Assembly (NCBI GenBank): GCA_008081395.1
Contig: VMCJ01000011.1
Location: forward strand, 14,264-78,263
DNA length: 64,000 nt
Direction: 5' to 3'
Origin: Rhodospirillales bacterium
Lineage (GTDB): Bacteria; Pseudomonadota; Alphaproteobacteria; Bin95
How positions within the stretch are numbered: position 1 is the stretch's first letter; each line of letters opens with the position of its first letter. This document shows, in pieces, positions 40,407 to 49,656 of the stretch. The position numbers were made by a program, and so were the translations under genes. Below the pieces are notes generated by a model that was given only the letters and a program-made list of their open reading frames with translations, was not told the origin of the DNA and did no database searches.

Positions 40407-41288
40407 ATGTCCAATTCCCAGATTGCTCAAATTCCTGGCGTATATCATCGCAAGATTGGCGAAATCATTGTGACTGCAGTTTCAGATGGCTATCTGGATG
40501 GTGATGTAAGCGTTTTGCGGAATATTGATGAAAACGACGCTATGGCAATGCTCAAGGCGAACTTTAGAAAGGGTCGCCGAACTTTCGTCAATGGTTTCAT
40601 TATCCGTTCAAAAGGGCGAACAGCTCTTGTTGAAACGGGTTCAGGTAATTACCTGTTGCCGACTGCGGGAAAGCTTTTGTCAAACGTAATTGCGGCAGGG
40701 GTGGACCCAAAAGAGATCGATACTGTCCTTTTAACCCATATGCACCCCGACCATTCCGCTGGGTTAACCAATATGGCGGACAACTCGCTTTACTTCCCAA
40801 ATGCTGAACTTGTCGCTCACGAGAATGAGCCGAAGCATTGGCAAGATGATTCAGCTATGGCCAGGGCTGATGATCGCGCGAAGAAGTTGTATTTTCAGGC
40901 GGCGCGAGAGCAAATCACTCCATATGCAAAGCAAAGCCGTTTCTTCCAAAAAGATGAGGAGGTTTTCCCTGGCGTGACCGCTCTTAGGGCCCATGGTCAT
41001 ACGCCAGGCCATACCTGCTATATGATTGAATCTGGTGGTGAAAGTCTTTTGATTTGGGGCGATATCGTGCATGTGCCTGAGATACAAACCGCACGTCCGG
41101 AAGTTGCAATAGCTTTTGATACAGATATCGAAGCGGCTATTGCATCACGCCGTCGGATTTTTGATATGGCCGAGCAGGATGGCCTTTTGGTTGCGGGAAT
41201 GCACTTACACTTTCCAACTTTTAGCCACTTGGTGAAAAGTGGAGAGGGTTATAGCTTGATCCCTGAGCCTTGGGCTCACGATATGTAA
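40407..41288 (+). CDS. MBL-fold metallo-hydrolase
   Basis: THMHPDHSAG motif. Length is 293 aa. Confidence 0.75.
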   Translation: MSNSQIAQIPGVYHRKIGEIIVTAVSDGYLDGDVSVLRNIDENDAMAMLKANFRKGRRTFVNGFIIRSKGRTALVETGSGNYLLPTAGKLLSNVIAAGVDPKEIDTVLLTHMHPDHSAGLTNMADNSLYFPNAELVAHENEPKHWQDDSAMARADDRAKKLYFQAAREQITPYAKQSRFFQKDEEVFPGVTALRAHGHTPGHTCYMIESGGESLLIWGDIVHVPEIQTARPEVAIAFDTDIEAAIASRRRIFDMAEQDGLLVAGMHLHFPTFSHLVKSGEGYSLIPEPWAHDM

Positions 41289-41335
41289 GGCGGATGTGCG
41301 CGTGCCTTGACGATACAGGGCAGCGGGCTTCTCAA

Positions 41336-41617
41336 TCAGTCAGTACGGCTGGTCACTTCCAACAGATGATAGCCGAATTGGGTCTTCACCGGGCCTTGTA
41401 CTTCGTTGACGGTTGCGCTGAACACAACCCTATCAAACTCTGGAACCATCTGGCCTGGACCGAATGATCCGAGGTCGCCACCACTCCGACCGGATGGGCA
41501 GGAGGAGTGCTGTTGCGCCAGCTTGGCAAAATCTTCGCCATTGGCAATCTTGTCCTTGAGCTCCTGGCAAAGCTCCTCGGAATTGACCAAAATATGTCTT
41601 GCTGTGGCGCTTGCCAT
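41336..41617 (-). CDS. parvulin-type peptidyl-prolyl cis-trans isomerase (PpiC/Par10-like)
   Basis: 93-aa protein with rotamase blocks (ARHILV, SxGGDLGxF, FGYHLL). Confidence 0.75.
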   Translation of the reverse strand: MASATARHILVNSEELCQELKDKIANGEDFAKLAQQHSSCPSGRSGGDLGSFGPGQMVPEFDRVVFSATVNEVQGPVKTQFGYHLLEVTSRTD

Positions 41618-42127
41618 GGATCTTCCTCTTCAACTTGGAATTGGGTGAAGGATTAACCTCAGATGAGGTTTGAGGTCGTGGATACAGGGTTCTAGGTTGT
41701 CAATCAACGATAAACAGCCACTCGTTGATCTTGGTGGGCCATCGGTGTACCACAAAATTGTAGGCGACCTGGTGCCCCATTCCTGGTTACAGGATGAATT
41801 TGTACCCATCTTTCTGCTCATTGTGCAATTGGCCTCAGAGGCAGAAGATAATATGAACCTCCACGCACTAAAGATCAGTCAGATGTCAGGGTAAGTTTTT
41901 CAGCATCCGCATACCCGTGTGTCTAAACTCATAAAAAAGATGTAGCTGAACGAGATAGTCAATAAATCCATCGCTGTTTGTTGAGTGCTTTGATGGCTGT
42001 ACATTTAATGCGCCCACTCTTATGTTGCGGCTCTTAATGACTCGGCTATGCGCCTAACAAGTTGCTGATCGTGTAGGGAAAATAGGTTTCCCAGGTGATT
42101 GGTCTTAGACACCCTGAAAGATAGAGC

Positions 42128-44092
42128 ATGACGGATTTCGAAGGCGTGGTTCCGGCGCTTCATAAGGCATTGATGAAGCGCGGATATAAGACTTTGACCT
42201 CGGTGCAAAATGCTGTCCTCGCGAAGGAAATGCGTGATGCGGATGGTTTGGTTTCGGCACAGACTGGATCCGGAAAGACGGTGGCCTTTGGGCTGGCTAT
42301 GGCCCCAACCCTGCTGGCGGGTGCTGATATTTTTGGTCCCGCGCGCGCGCCACTAGCGTTGGTAGTTGCCCCGACGCGCGAGCTAGCCTTACAGGTCATG
42401 CGGGAACTTGAATGGCTCTATGAGTTCACGGACGCCTGCGTGACCTCCTGCGTTGGTGGTATGGACATGCGAGCCGAGCGAAGAGCTTTGGAACGTGGGG
42501 CACATATCGTCGTAGGCACACCGGGGCGGCTTCGTGACCATATCGAGCGTGGTTCGCTTGATTTGTCTCGGATCAAGGTGGTTGTTATGGACGAGGCGGA
42601 CGAGATGCTTGATCTCGGTTTTCGAGAGGACCTGGAATTCATCCTGCAGGCCGCGCCGGAAAAACGAAGAACCTTGATGTTTTCGGCTACTGTGCCCAAG
42701 ACCATTGCCGCTCTCGCTAAACGCTATCAGCAAGATGCGGTGCGTATCACTGCTGCAGGTGAAGAACATCAACATGGCGACATTGAATATCGCGCGTTGA
42801 CCTGTGCCCCAACCGATACGGAAAATGCCATCATCAATGTGTTGCGTTACATGGATCCGACCTCAGCCATCGTCTTCTGCGGCACTCGGGCAACTGTTAA
42901 TCACCTGACCAGCCGTTTCACCAACCGTGGAATTTCTGTGGTTGCCCTATCGGGAGAACTGAATCAGAGCGCGCGATCTCATGCCCTTCAGGCGCTACGG
43001 GATGGCCGAGCAAGGGTTTGTGTTGCGACGGATGTCGCAGCTAGGGGCATTGATTTGCCAAACCTAGAATTAGTAATCCACGCTGATCTGCCGAGGAATT
43101 CAGAATCATTATTGCATCGTAGCGGACGCACTGGGCGAGCAGGCCGTAAGGGCGTTGCCACTTTGATCGTGCCTTACCCTCGCCGACGACATACAGAACG
43201 ATTATTAAGAAATGCAAATATCGAGGCGATTTGGGCTAAACCCCCTTCGGTTGAACAGATTCAGGAGCAGGATCGTCAGCGAGTACTGGAAGATGCGGAC
43301 CTGAGTGGCGACTTTACCGAGGATGAGCGCATGTTTGCGAATGAGCTCTTGAACCGCTTCGATGCAGAAGCCGTCGCCATAGCTTTCCTGCGAAAGTTCA
43401 TGGCGGGATTGTCTGCGCCAGAGGAGCTTCTAGACGCTTGGCCGGATGGCGGTCGCAGCGATCGCAAAGACCGTACAGGACGCAGCCAAGGCGGCGAGAG
43501 CAGCAAACGCGGAAGCGATTTTGAGGATGGGGTCTGGTTGCGACTGTCTGTCGGTCGGAACCACAGAGCTGAGCCACGTTGGTTGTTACCAATGCTATGC
43601 CGTCATGGCAATATAACCAAGACTCAGGTTGGCTCCATCAAGATATTCGACGCCGAAACTCATGTGGAACTTCGCCCCGAAGCGCTCGACAAGTTTTTGC
43701 AGGCAATAGGCCCCAGTCGCAAGCTCGAGAAGACTATTACGGTTGACCGAGTTGTTGGTGATTCAGTCTCTGCCGGCAGAACCGAAAAGCGTAGAGGTGT
43801 GTCAGGGGCCGCAACACGCCGAGCACGGCGATCTCACGGAGACAGTCCAAGTCAAGAATCTACGTCGAATGTTTCTCACATCCAAACTAACGAGTTGGAT
43901 ATCAAGCCTGGTGAGGCTGCACCGAACCAGCGTAAACCCAAGAAGCTTAAAAATTCTAAAAAACCCAAAGTACACAAAGGCAAGACAAAAACGAACTTCA
44001 AGGAGGCCAAATCCCGCAAGGCTAAGCCTGGGGAAGAAAAGCAACGACGGGCCAAGCCTAAGAAGGGGCGTAGCAAGACCCCGGCTGCATAG
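42128..44092 (+). CDS. DEAD-box ATP-dependent RNA helicase with basic C-terminal tail
   Basis: Q motif, Walker A (AQTGSGKT), DEAD box (MDEADEML), SAT and HRSGRTGRAG motifs are present. The C-terminal ~100 aa is Lys/Arg-rich. Confidence 0.85.
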   Translation: MTDFEGVVPALHKALMKRGYKTLTSVQNAVLAKEMRDADGLVSAQTGSGKTVAFGLAMAPTLLAGADIFGPARAPLALVVAPTRELALQVMRELEWLYEFTDACVTSCVGGMDMRAERRALERGAHIVVGTPGRLRDHIERGSLDLSRIKVVVMDEADEMLDLGFREDLEFILQAAPEKRRTLMFSATVPKTIAALAKRYQQDAVRITAAGEEHQHGDIEYRALTCAPTDTENAIINVLRYMDPTSAIVFCGTRATVNHLTSRFTNRGISVVALSGELNQSARSHALQALRDGRARVCVATDVAARGIDLPNLELVIHADLPRNSESLLHRSGRTGRAGRKGVATLIVPYPRRRHTERLLRNANIEAIWAKPPSVEQIQEQDRQRVLEDADLSGDFTEDERMFANELLNRFDAEAVAIAFLRKFMAGLSAPEELLDAWPDGGRSDRKDRTGRSQGGESSKRGSDFEDGVWLRLSVGRNHRAEPRWLLPMLCRHGNITKTQVGSIKIFDAETHVELRPEALDKFLQAIGPSRKLEKTITVDRVVGDSVSAGRTEKRRGVSGAATRRARRSHGDSPSQESTSNVSHIQTNELDIKPGEAAPNQRKPKKLKNSKKPKVHKGKTKTNFKEAKSRKAKPGEEKQRRAKPKKGRSKTPAA

Positions 44093-44230
44093 TTTGATCC
44101 CGACCCATGGGTACCTCCTGGCACTTGGTTCTAACACAACTATAGATGATCGTTGATGCTTAGATCGGATGGGGATCGCCAGTAGTATTGTCCAGATACG
44201 TTGATATGAGGGCCGAAGTCTTGAGTAAAA

Positions 44231-44902
44231 CTAGGGATTCCATAATTCTAAGTCTGCAACGGATGCCCGAATTTTAGTTTTTGTATCGTCGCTATCTGCA
44301 GAAATTGCTAAACCAACAAGCGTTGTGATTGGTGCACCAAAAGCAGTTAAAAAGTCTTGGTCTAAATTTACAGACTCTTGAAATCTTCCCAAGCCAGAGG
44401 GGCGTAGGATAATCGTTTTACCCTGATTACCCAGGTACGGCGTTAACAAAAAATCACCTCGTTTATGAGCTCCTCCAAAAACGTACATCAATACTCTGAT
44501 GGATTTATTGTCGAGCATTGAAAGCATTGACTTATGTTGCAGGGTTGGTGCGTCTTTTGCCTCCGCGAATACAAAGTACATTGCAAGATTGCGATCATCG
44601 CTTCCTTTAATAGTTAGATCCGTTGGGGGAACAGTTTTAGTTACCTCCCATGTCCATGACGCTTTTTTGGTCGATCCACTTTTGCCCTCTGTCGCAGACC
44701 AAATCATCGACACGGTTTTGTCAGATTCAACCAACACCTGGTTCATATTGGTTATGTATTTATTTGATGAGAACACTGAAAATTTTTGATGGGTCCAGCC
44801 ATCAAAATTGATCGACTTTGCTAATGCTGGATTGATGATAAATACCAACATGGCTAGCAGGCACCAAAGTATCTTCCCCGTTGAAAACAATGAATTATTC
44901 AT
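44231..44902 (-). CDS. hypothetical secreted protein in a low-GC stretch
   Basis: Signal peptide (LWCLLAMLVFIINPALA). Length is 223 aa. Local GC (~40%) is visibly lower than in flanking genes. Confidence 0.45.
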   Translation of the reverse strand: MNNSLFSTGKILWCLLAMLVFIINPALAKSINFDGWTHQKFSVFSSNKYITNMNQVLVESDKTVSMIWSATEGKSGSTKKASWTWEVTKTVPPTDLTIKGSDDRNLAMYFVFAEAKDAPTLQHKSMLSMLDNKSIRVLMYVFGGAHKRGDFLLTPYLGNQGKTIILRPSGLGRFQESVNLDQDFLTAFGAPITTLVGLAISADSDDTKTKIRASVADLELWNP

Positions 44903-44954
44903 TCGCTCTTTATGTTCAACTGCAACTAAAGATTAGTTTTAAGCAAAACAAAAA

Positions 44955-45722
44955 TCATTCCATTACAAGGCCACCATCTACATAAATCGTTTGTCCAGTG
45001 ATGAAAGCCGACCAGGGTGAAGCTAGAAAAAGTACTGGCCCCGCTATGTCTTCGGGCTTCGCTATACGTCGCAATGGGGTGGCAGAGATAATATCTTCTT
45101 TGATATTTTCTCGCACCCTTTCGCTCGCTTTAGTTGGGTAAACTAACCCAGGGGCAACAGTGTTGACGCGTATTCCAAGGGGGCCAAGTTCAGCTGCTAA
45201 TGTGCGCGTAAACCCTACTAGGGCGGCCTTTGCAGTTGCATAGTCGTGGTATGGGACGACGGGTCTCGCAATCAGATCGGTGGCAATGTTAATGATGGAT
45301 CCGTTGGCGCGGGTTAACATGTTTGGAACCGCTGCTTGCACCATATTATGAGCGGCCTGCACTGCACCCTCAAATTGGCTCTGGTAATCTTGCCAATCTA
45401 GGTCCCAATGAAGTTTCCTCCGCTCTGGGTCAAACTCATATGGTCGAAAAGCGTTGTTAACTAGAACGTCGATCTTCCCAAAGGCTTCAATGGTCTCGGA
45501 GACTAAGTTTGTTGCACCGTCTTTATTTGTAACATCAGAGCAGATTGCTAATGCTACTCCGCCATTTGTCTCGCAGGCTGCAACAGTTGCCGCCGCGGTT
45601 TCGGCATTGGTTAAATAATTTACACCAACGTTGGCCCCTTCGCGCGCAAAAGCTTGAGCAATTGCCGATCCTATCCCGCGACCAGCACCAGTGACGAGCA
45701 CACTTTTTCCGCTAAAATTCAT
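44955..45722 (-). CDS. SDR family oxidoreductase, last enzyme of the TPP-riboswitch operon
   Basis: TGAGRGIG Rossmann motif and a YxxxK active site are present. It starts 5 nt after the binding-protein gene. Confidence 0.8.
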   Translation of the reverse strand: MNFSGKSVLVTGAGRGIGSAIAQAFAREGANVGVNYLTNAETAAATVAACETNGGVALAICSDVTNKDGATNLVSETIEAFGKIDVLVNNAFRPYEFDPERRKLHWDLDWQDYQSQFEGAVQAAHNMVQAAVPNMLTRANGSIINIATDLIARPVVPYHDYATAKAALVGFTRTLAAELGPLGIRVNTVAPGLVYPTKASERVRENIKEDIISATPLRRIAKPEDIAGPVLFLASPWSAFITGQTIYVDGGLVME

Positions 45723-45727
45723 AGTTA

Positions 45728-46702
45728 TTATTTCGGTATGAGATCGCTGAAGATAACCTTTTTCATCTCTAATTTAGATTTAATTAGTCCTAGTTCTAAG
45801 AAAGTGTCAGCGCCTTTTTGCAAGAGCTCGACGTCAAAATGCCCAAGCCCTTTAGCTTTAGTCGTTTGTGATTGCGCAGAGAGATTTCGGAGTTTGATGA
45901 TTGCAAGGTTTACCTTTTCGTTCCGCCCGTTAATTGAGCGCGTTATAGCGATTTTTGCCGCTTCTTCCGGCTCAGAAATCATCCACGCAGCACTTTTTTG
46001 ATATGCTTTTAAAAATCGGCGGAGTAGGGGTTTTTGATCCCTATAATGATTGCGGCGAACGACAAACATATCGCTTGGTACATTAAGGCTATCTCTGACC
46101 TCTATTACATCGACCTCACCAATGCCCTTTAGTTTAGCAACGTAAAGGCCAGTGTCGGTTGCTGCAGTGGCATCCACTTGGCCTTGCATTACTGGTGCAA
46201 AGTTAAGCAGACCAGTTACCTTAATTTTAACATCAGTCTCTTTAAGCCCCACCTGATGCAGTAGGACCTGAAGATTTTGCCGAGTTCCGCTGGAAAGGCT
46301 GTATACCCCGATAGTCTTCCCTTTTAAGTCTGCCGGTGTCTTGATACCCCGACCAACCGGTGAAACCACGTTAAAAACATTTTGGGGGTAGATATTGTAA
46401 ATGGCTACTAAGTCCTCGCCTTTATCGAGAGCTTGATAGAAAGAGGCTGGATCTGTGAACGCTACATCCGCTGCTCCTGAGAGCATATTAGCAATTGCGG
46501 ACCCCCCACCTGCGCCTGGGACGTAGCCAAGGTCTATTCCTTCTGCTTTAAAAAACCCTTTGTCAGGTTCGGCAAGTATATTGGTGATTTCGCTAATTGG
46601 TTTACTCCAACCAGCAATACGTACCTTTTCAAGAGTTGCAGACATGGCTGCAGAGCTGGTGAAAGAGAACGCTAATATCGCTGCCAATAGAGAATGTTTC
46701 AT
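45728..46702 (-). CDS. ABC transporter substrate-binding protein, NMT1/THI5-like (ThiY-like)
   Basis: Signal peptide plus an NMT1/SsuA/TauA-type periplasmic binding fold. A TPP riboswitch heads the operon. Confidence 0.7.
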   Translation of the reverse strand: MKHSLLAAILAFSFTSSAAMSATLEKVRIAGWSKPISEITNILAEPDKGFFKAEGIDLGYVPGAGGGSAIANMLSGAADVAFTDPASFYQALDKGEDLVAIYNIYPQNVFNVVSPVGRGIKTPADLKGKTIGVYSLSSGTRQNLQVLLHQVGLKETDVKIKVTGLLNFAPVMQGQVDATAATDTGLYVAKLKGIGEVDVIEVRDSLNVPSDMFVVRRNHYRDQKPLLRRFLKAYQKSAAWMISEPEEAAKIAITRSINGRNEKVNLAIIKLRNLSAQSQTTKAKGLGHFDVELLQKGADTFLELGLIKSKLEMKKVIFSDLIPK

Positions 46703-47457
46703 TAGAAGGTGCCTTTCTGACGGCTTTGTAAAATCCGCCTCTCAATTACAACTATAATTTGATAAAAAAAGAGGCCCATAAGGGTGATCAGAATAAAAAG
46801 AGCGAAAATTAAGGTTGTATCCATCATCCCTTGAGCAGCAATGATGCTAGCTCCTAGCCCCTTGCTGCCTGCAATAAATTCGCCAACTACTGCGCCTACC
46901 AAAGCGAGAACTATCGCAACTCGAATTCCAGCTAGAATTACGGGCATGCTGGTTGGAAGCTTCAGTCGCAATAAGGTCTGAAGTCTGGTCGCACCCAGCA
47001 TGCGAAAGAGATCTCTTTTCTCCTGCGGAACATTTGATAAACCCGTTATTGTGTTTTCGAGCAGTGGAAAGAAACAGATTAGAGCTGTGATAATGACCGT
47101 AGAGGTCATCCCAAAGCCGAACCAGATTATGAAAATTGGTCCAAGAGCTAGTTTTGGCACTACCTGACTGGCAAGCACGTAAGGCCAAAGGAGACGGCGA
47201 AGGCGCGGCATTTCGGCAAGTATCGCGCCAATAAGGAAACCGATGACGCACCCTAGGGCAAATCCCAACAGAGTCTCAGCACCAGTTACCCAGAGATGTT
47301 GCCAAAGAGCACCAGATACAAGGCCATCCCAAAGTGTTTCTGTAACTGCTGAAGGCGCAGGAAGTACCAGAGGCGAAACTCCGGAGAGCAACACACCCAG
47401 CTCCCAGGCGATCAGTACCGCTACGAGCAGAGCAGAGCTGGATATATGCCTCAACAC
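46702..47457 (-). CDS. ABC transporter permease, NitT/TauT family (ThiX-like)
   Basis: 6-TM permease with an EAA-like loop. It overlaps both neighbouring genes. Confidence 0.8.
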   Translation of the reverse strand: MLRHISSSALLVAVLIAWELGVLLSGVSPLVLPAPSAVTETLWDGLVSGALWQHLWVTGAETLLGFALGCVIGFLIGAILAEMPRLRRLLWPYVLASQVVPKLALGPIFIIWFGFGMTSTVIITALICFFPLLENTITGLSNVPQEKRDLFRMLGATRLQTLLRLKLPTSMPVILAGIRVAIVLALVGAVVGEFIAGSKGLGASIIAAQGMMDTTLIFALFILITLMGLFFYQIIVVIERRILQSRQKGTF

Positions 47458-48215
47458 TGTCCCGCCCCTAATAACATTGCCGATCTGACTTTCCGGCAGA
47501 GTTTGGAAAAGTGGGCTTCATATCGTAAGTCTGAGGCTCGTGGTCTAGGAAGGTCTATTTCGACTTCGTGGGTAATAAGCCCTCCCTCCATAACTAAGAT
47601 TTTGTCTCCCAGGTATGCTGCTTCTCCAATATCGTGGGTGACAAAAATTACAGTCGTGCCGCTGGCTTCAACCAGATTGATTAATACGTCTTGGAGATCC
47701 TCACGGGTTAATGCATCAAGAGCAGCGAATGGTTCGTCCATCATTAGGACGGGGGGGGAGGTAACAAGCGATCGGGCAAGCGCTGCCCGGCTTTGTTGCC
47801 CGCCCGAAAGTTGTTCTGGATAACGTTGAGCAAGATGCTTGATGCCAGCGAGTTCCAGCAGTTCGAGCGCAAATTTTTCATCCGATTTATTTACAGAGCC
47901 TTTAAGACTTATAGGTAGTAAGACGTTATCAATTACCGTTAACCATTCTAGAAGGGATGGCGTTTGAAATACAAAACCAACATCTGAAGATGGCCCATCG
48001 ACAGGGGTATCGCTAATTTTAATTGAGCCGGACGATGGTGCCAGCAGGCCAGCAGCCACTTTTAAACATGTAGTTTTTCCGCATCCACTCCTGCCGACCA
48101 AGCAATAAAACCCGCCTTTGGGAATGTTAAAGTCAATTCCCAAAAGACCTTTTGATCCATTAGAAAAAGTATAGCTAACTTTTGATAGGCTAATTGAGGT
48201 TGGGTTAGTCTGCAT
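47451..48215 (-). CDS. ABC transporter ATP-binding protein (ThiZ-like)
   Basis: Walker A GRSGCGKTT, the LSGGQQ signature and Walker B MMDEPF are present. Confidence 0.85.
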   Translation of the reverse strand: MQTNPTSISLSKVSYTFSNGSKGLLGIDFNIPKGGFYCLVGRSGCGKTTCLKVAAGLLAPSSGSIKISDTPVDGPSSDVGFVFQTPSLLEWLTVIDNVLLPISLKGSVNKSDEKFALELLELAGIKHLAQRYPEQLSGGQQSRAALARSLVTSPPVLMMDEPFAALDALTREDLQDVLINLVEASGTTVIFVTHDIGEAAYLGDKILVMEGGLITHEVEIDLPRPRASDLRYEAHFSKLCRKVRSAMLLGAGQC

Positions 48216-49656
48216 AACTGGCCAAATCTTCAGCAGCAGTTTCAGCGCGAGCCTCTATTTCGGTTATTCTTACTAGGTCAAGCAAATTGAAACGTCCATC
48301 GTGGTGCCAGCCGGCTTCTGGTGAGGTCATATCGCCAAGAGCAGTAACACGGGTCACCCCGACTTCACCTAACATGGAGGCAAGGTTGAAAAGACGTTCT
48401 GGTGTCGCAGAGATTGCCGCCGTTTGGATCAATGTTTTGTAGGGCTTGGATAATATTGGCGTTTCTTCAAGGTCGTCGACGGCAACAATTCTGATAGTAC
48501 GATTAAGACCACTTGGCCTCAGTGCACGGTCTTGCAGTTGAATTGAGACAGTCCAATTACCGTTGCATGGTTCTACGACTTTACCACCCAGACGGGTCTC
48601 TTCTGCCATACGCCATTCTACTAAGCTAGATGCCTCGGCAAGAGAGAGGGGGCGCCGCGGGAATTTTTCCTCATAACTTGCAAGTGATTGGGCTATGTAA
48701 GTTCCAAAAGTTTCTGGTGAAATTGCACCACCTTTTTCGACGAAGAAAACATGCGGTGAGTAACACCCCTGCTGGTCATATCGTACAACGTCGTATGCAG
48801 CCTTTCTTGCAGTTGAAGAGGCGCGGGAGGGATCAAGGGCTTCTCTCCCAATTAGGCCAAAGCTGATTTTATGGCCGTGAGCTAGAAAGCGCGTCGATGC
48901 TGGGGCTTGCGCTGCTAGCGCTGCGATCGCCGTGTCTCCACCGTATGCAAGTGCAACATCTGCTTCCCTAAACAGTCCGGCCTCAAGTTCTGTATTGCCG
49001 CCCTGCCACCAAACCAGTGCTATCGTCTTCGCGAGTTCAGGATCGGTTTCCGCTAAAACGTCATGAAACCACCCTGCAAAAAAAGGCTCAGCTGTCGCAA
49101 CCTTTCCAACGCTTGCGGCCTTCACTAACAGTCCAGCAATCAGTGTCCAAAGAGGCAGACCAGGAACATTTCCTGCCCAAACATGTGCTAAGAGATCAGG
49201 TCCAAAGGCACGACCAAAGCCTCCTTTAACAAGTGGCTGGAATTTGTCGAGAATACCTGGGTTTGGAAAGTCTTCGGTAATGAAACGCTGAAGTTGCGGT
49301 TTTCTGAACGTTTTGAGATAGCCAGTAAGGCCAATCCGCACCATTTCTTCGTCATAGCCAGTCACTATTGGCAGCAAATGCTCCATTTTTTTTCGAACTG
49401 GGTGGCTTCTGTCGAGAAGACGGGCCACTGTCTGGTCAATAGCAGTAAGAACCCTATCGACAGGCCAAGTTTTGACACTGTTTCTCGCGTTGAGCCGAAC
49501 TTTGGAGGCGATGATACTCAGATCTGCGGACTGCAAATTTGGCGTTAATGCAATTAAGCTCTTTTCACCATCTCCGCCATATTGCCTGGGCTCCCAATGA
49601 ATCCTCTCTGGATCAAGCCCATGAAGGCGGCCTACGTATTCAACGTCTGTTGTCAA
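48205..49656 (-). CDS. LuxC-family acyl-CoA reductase (aldehyde-forming)
   Basis: 483-aa protein whose architecture and conserved blocks resemble LuxC (aldehyde dehydrogenase-superfamily fold with a catalytic Cys region). It overlaps the LuxE-like gene by 4 nt. Confidence 0.65.
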   Translation of the reverse strand: MTTDVEYVGRLHGLDPERIHWEPRQYGGDGEKSLIALTPNLQSADLSIIASKVRLNARNSVKTWPVDRVLTAIDQTVARLLDRSHPVRKKMEHLLPIVTGYDEEMVRIGLTGYLKTFRKPQLQRFITEDFPNPGILDKFQPLVKGGFGRAFGPDLLAHVWAGNVPGLPLWTLIAGLLVKAASVGKVATAEPFFAGWFHDVLAETDPELAKTIALVWWQGGNTELEAGLFREADVALAYGGDTAIAALAAQAPASTRFLAHGHKISFGLIGREALDPSRASSTARKAAYDVVRYDQQGCYSPHVFFVEKGGAISPETFGTYIAQSLASYEEKFPRRPLSLAEASSLVEWRMAEETRLGGKVVEPCNGNWTVSIQLQDRALRPSGLNRTIRIVAVDDLEETPILSKPYKTLIQTAAISATPERLFNLASMLGEVGVTRVTALGDMTSPEAGWHHDGRFNLLDLVRITEIEARAETAAEDLASYAD

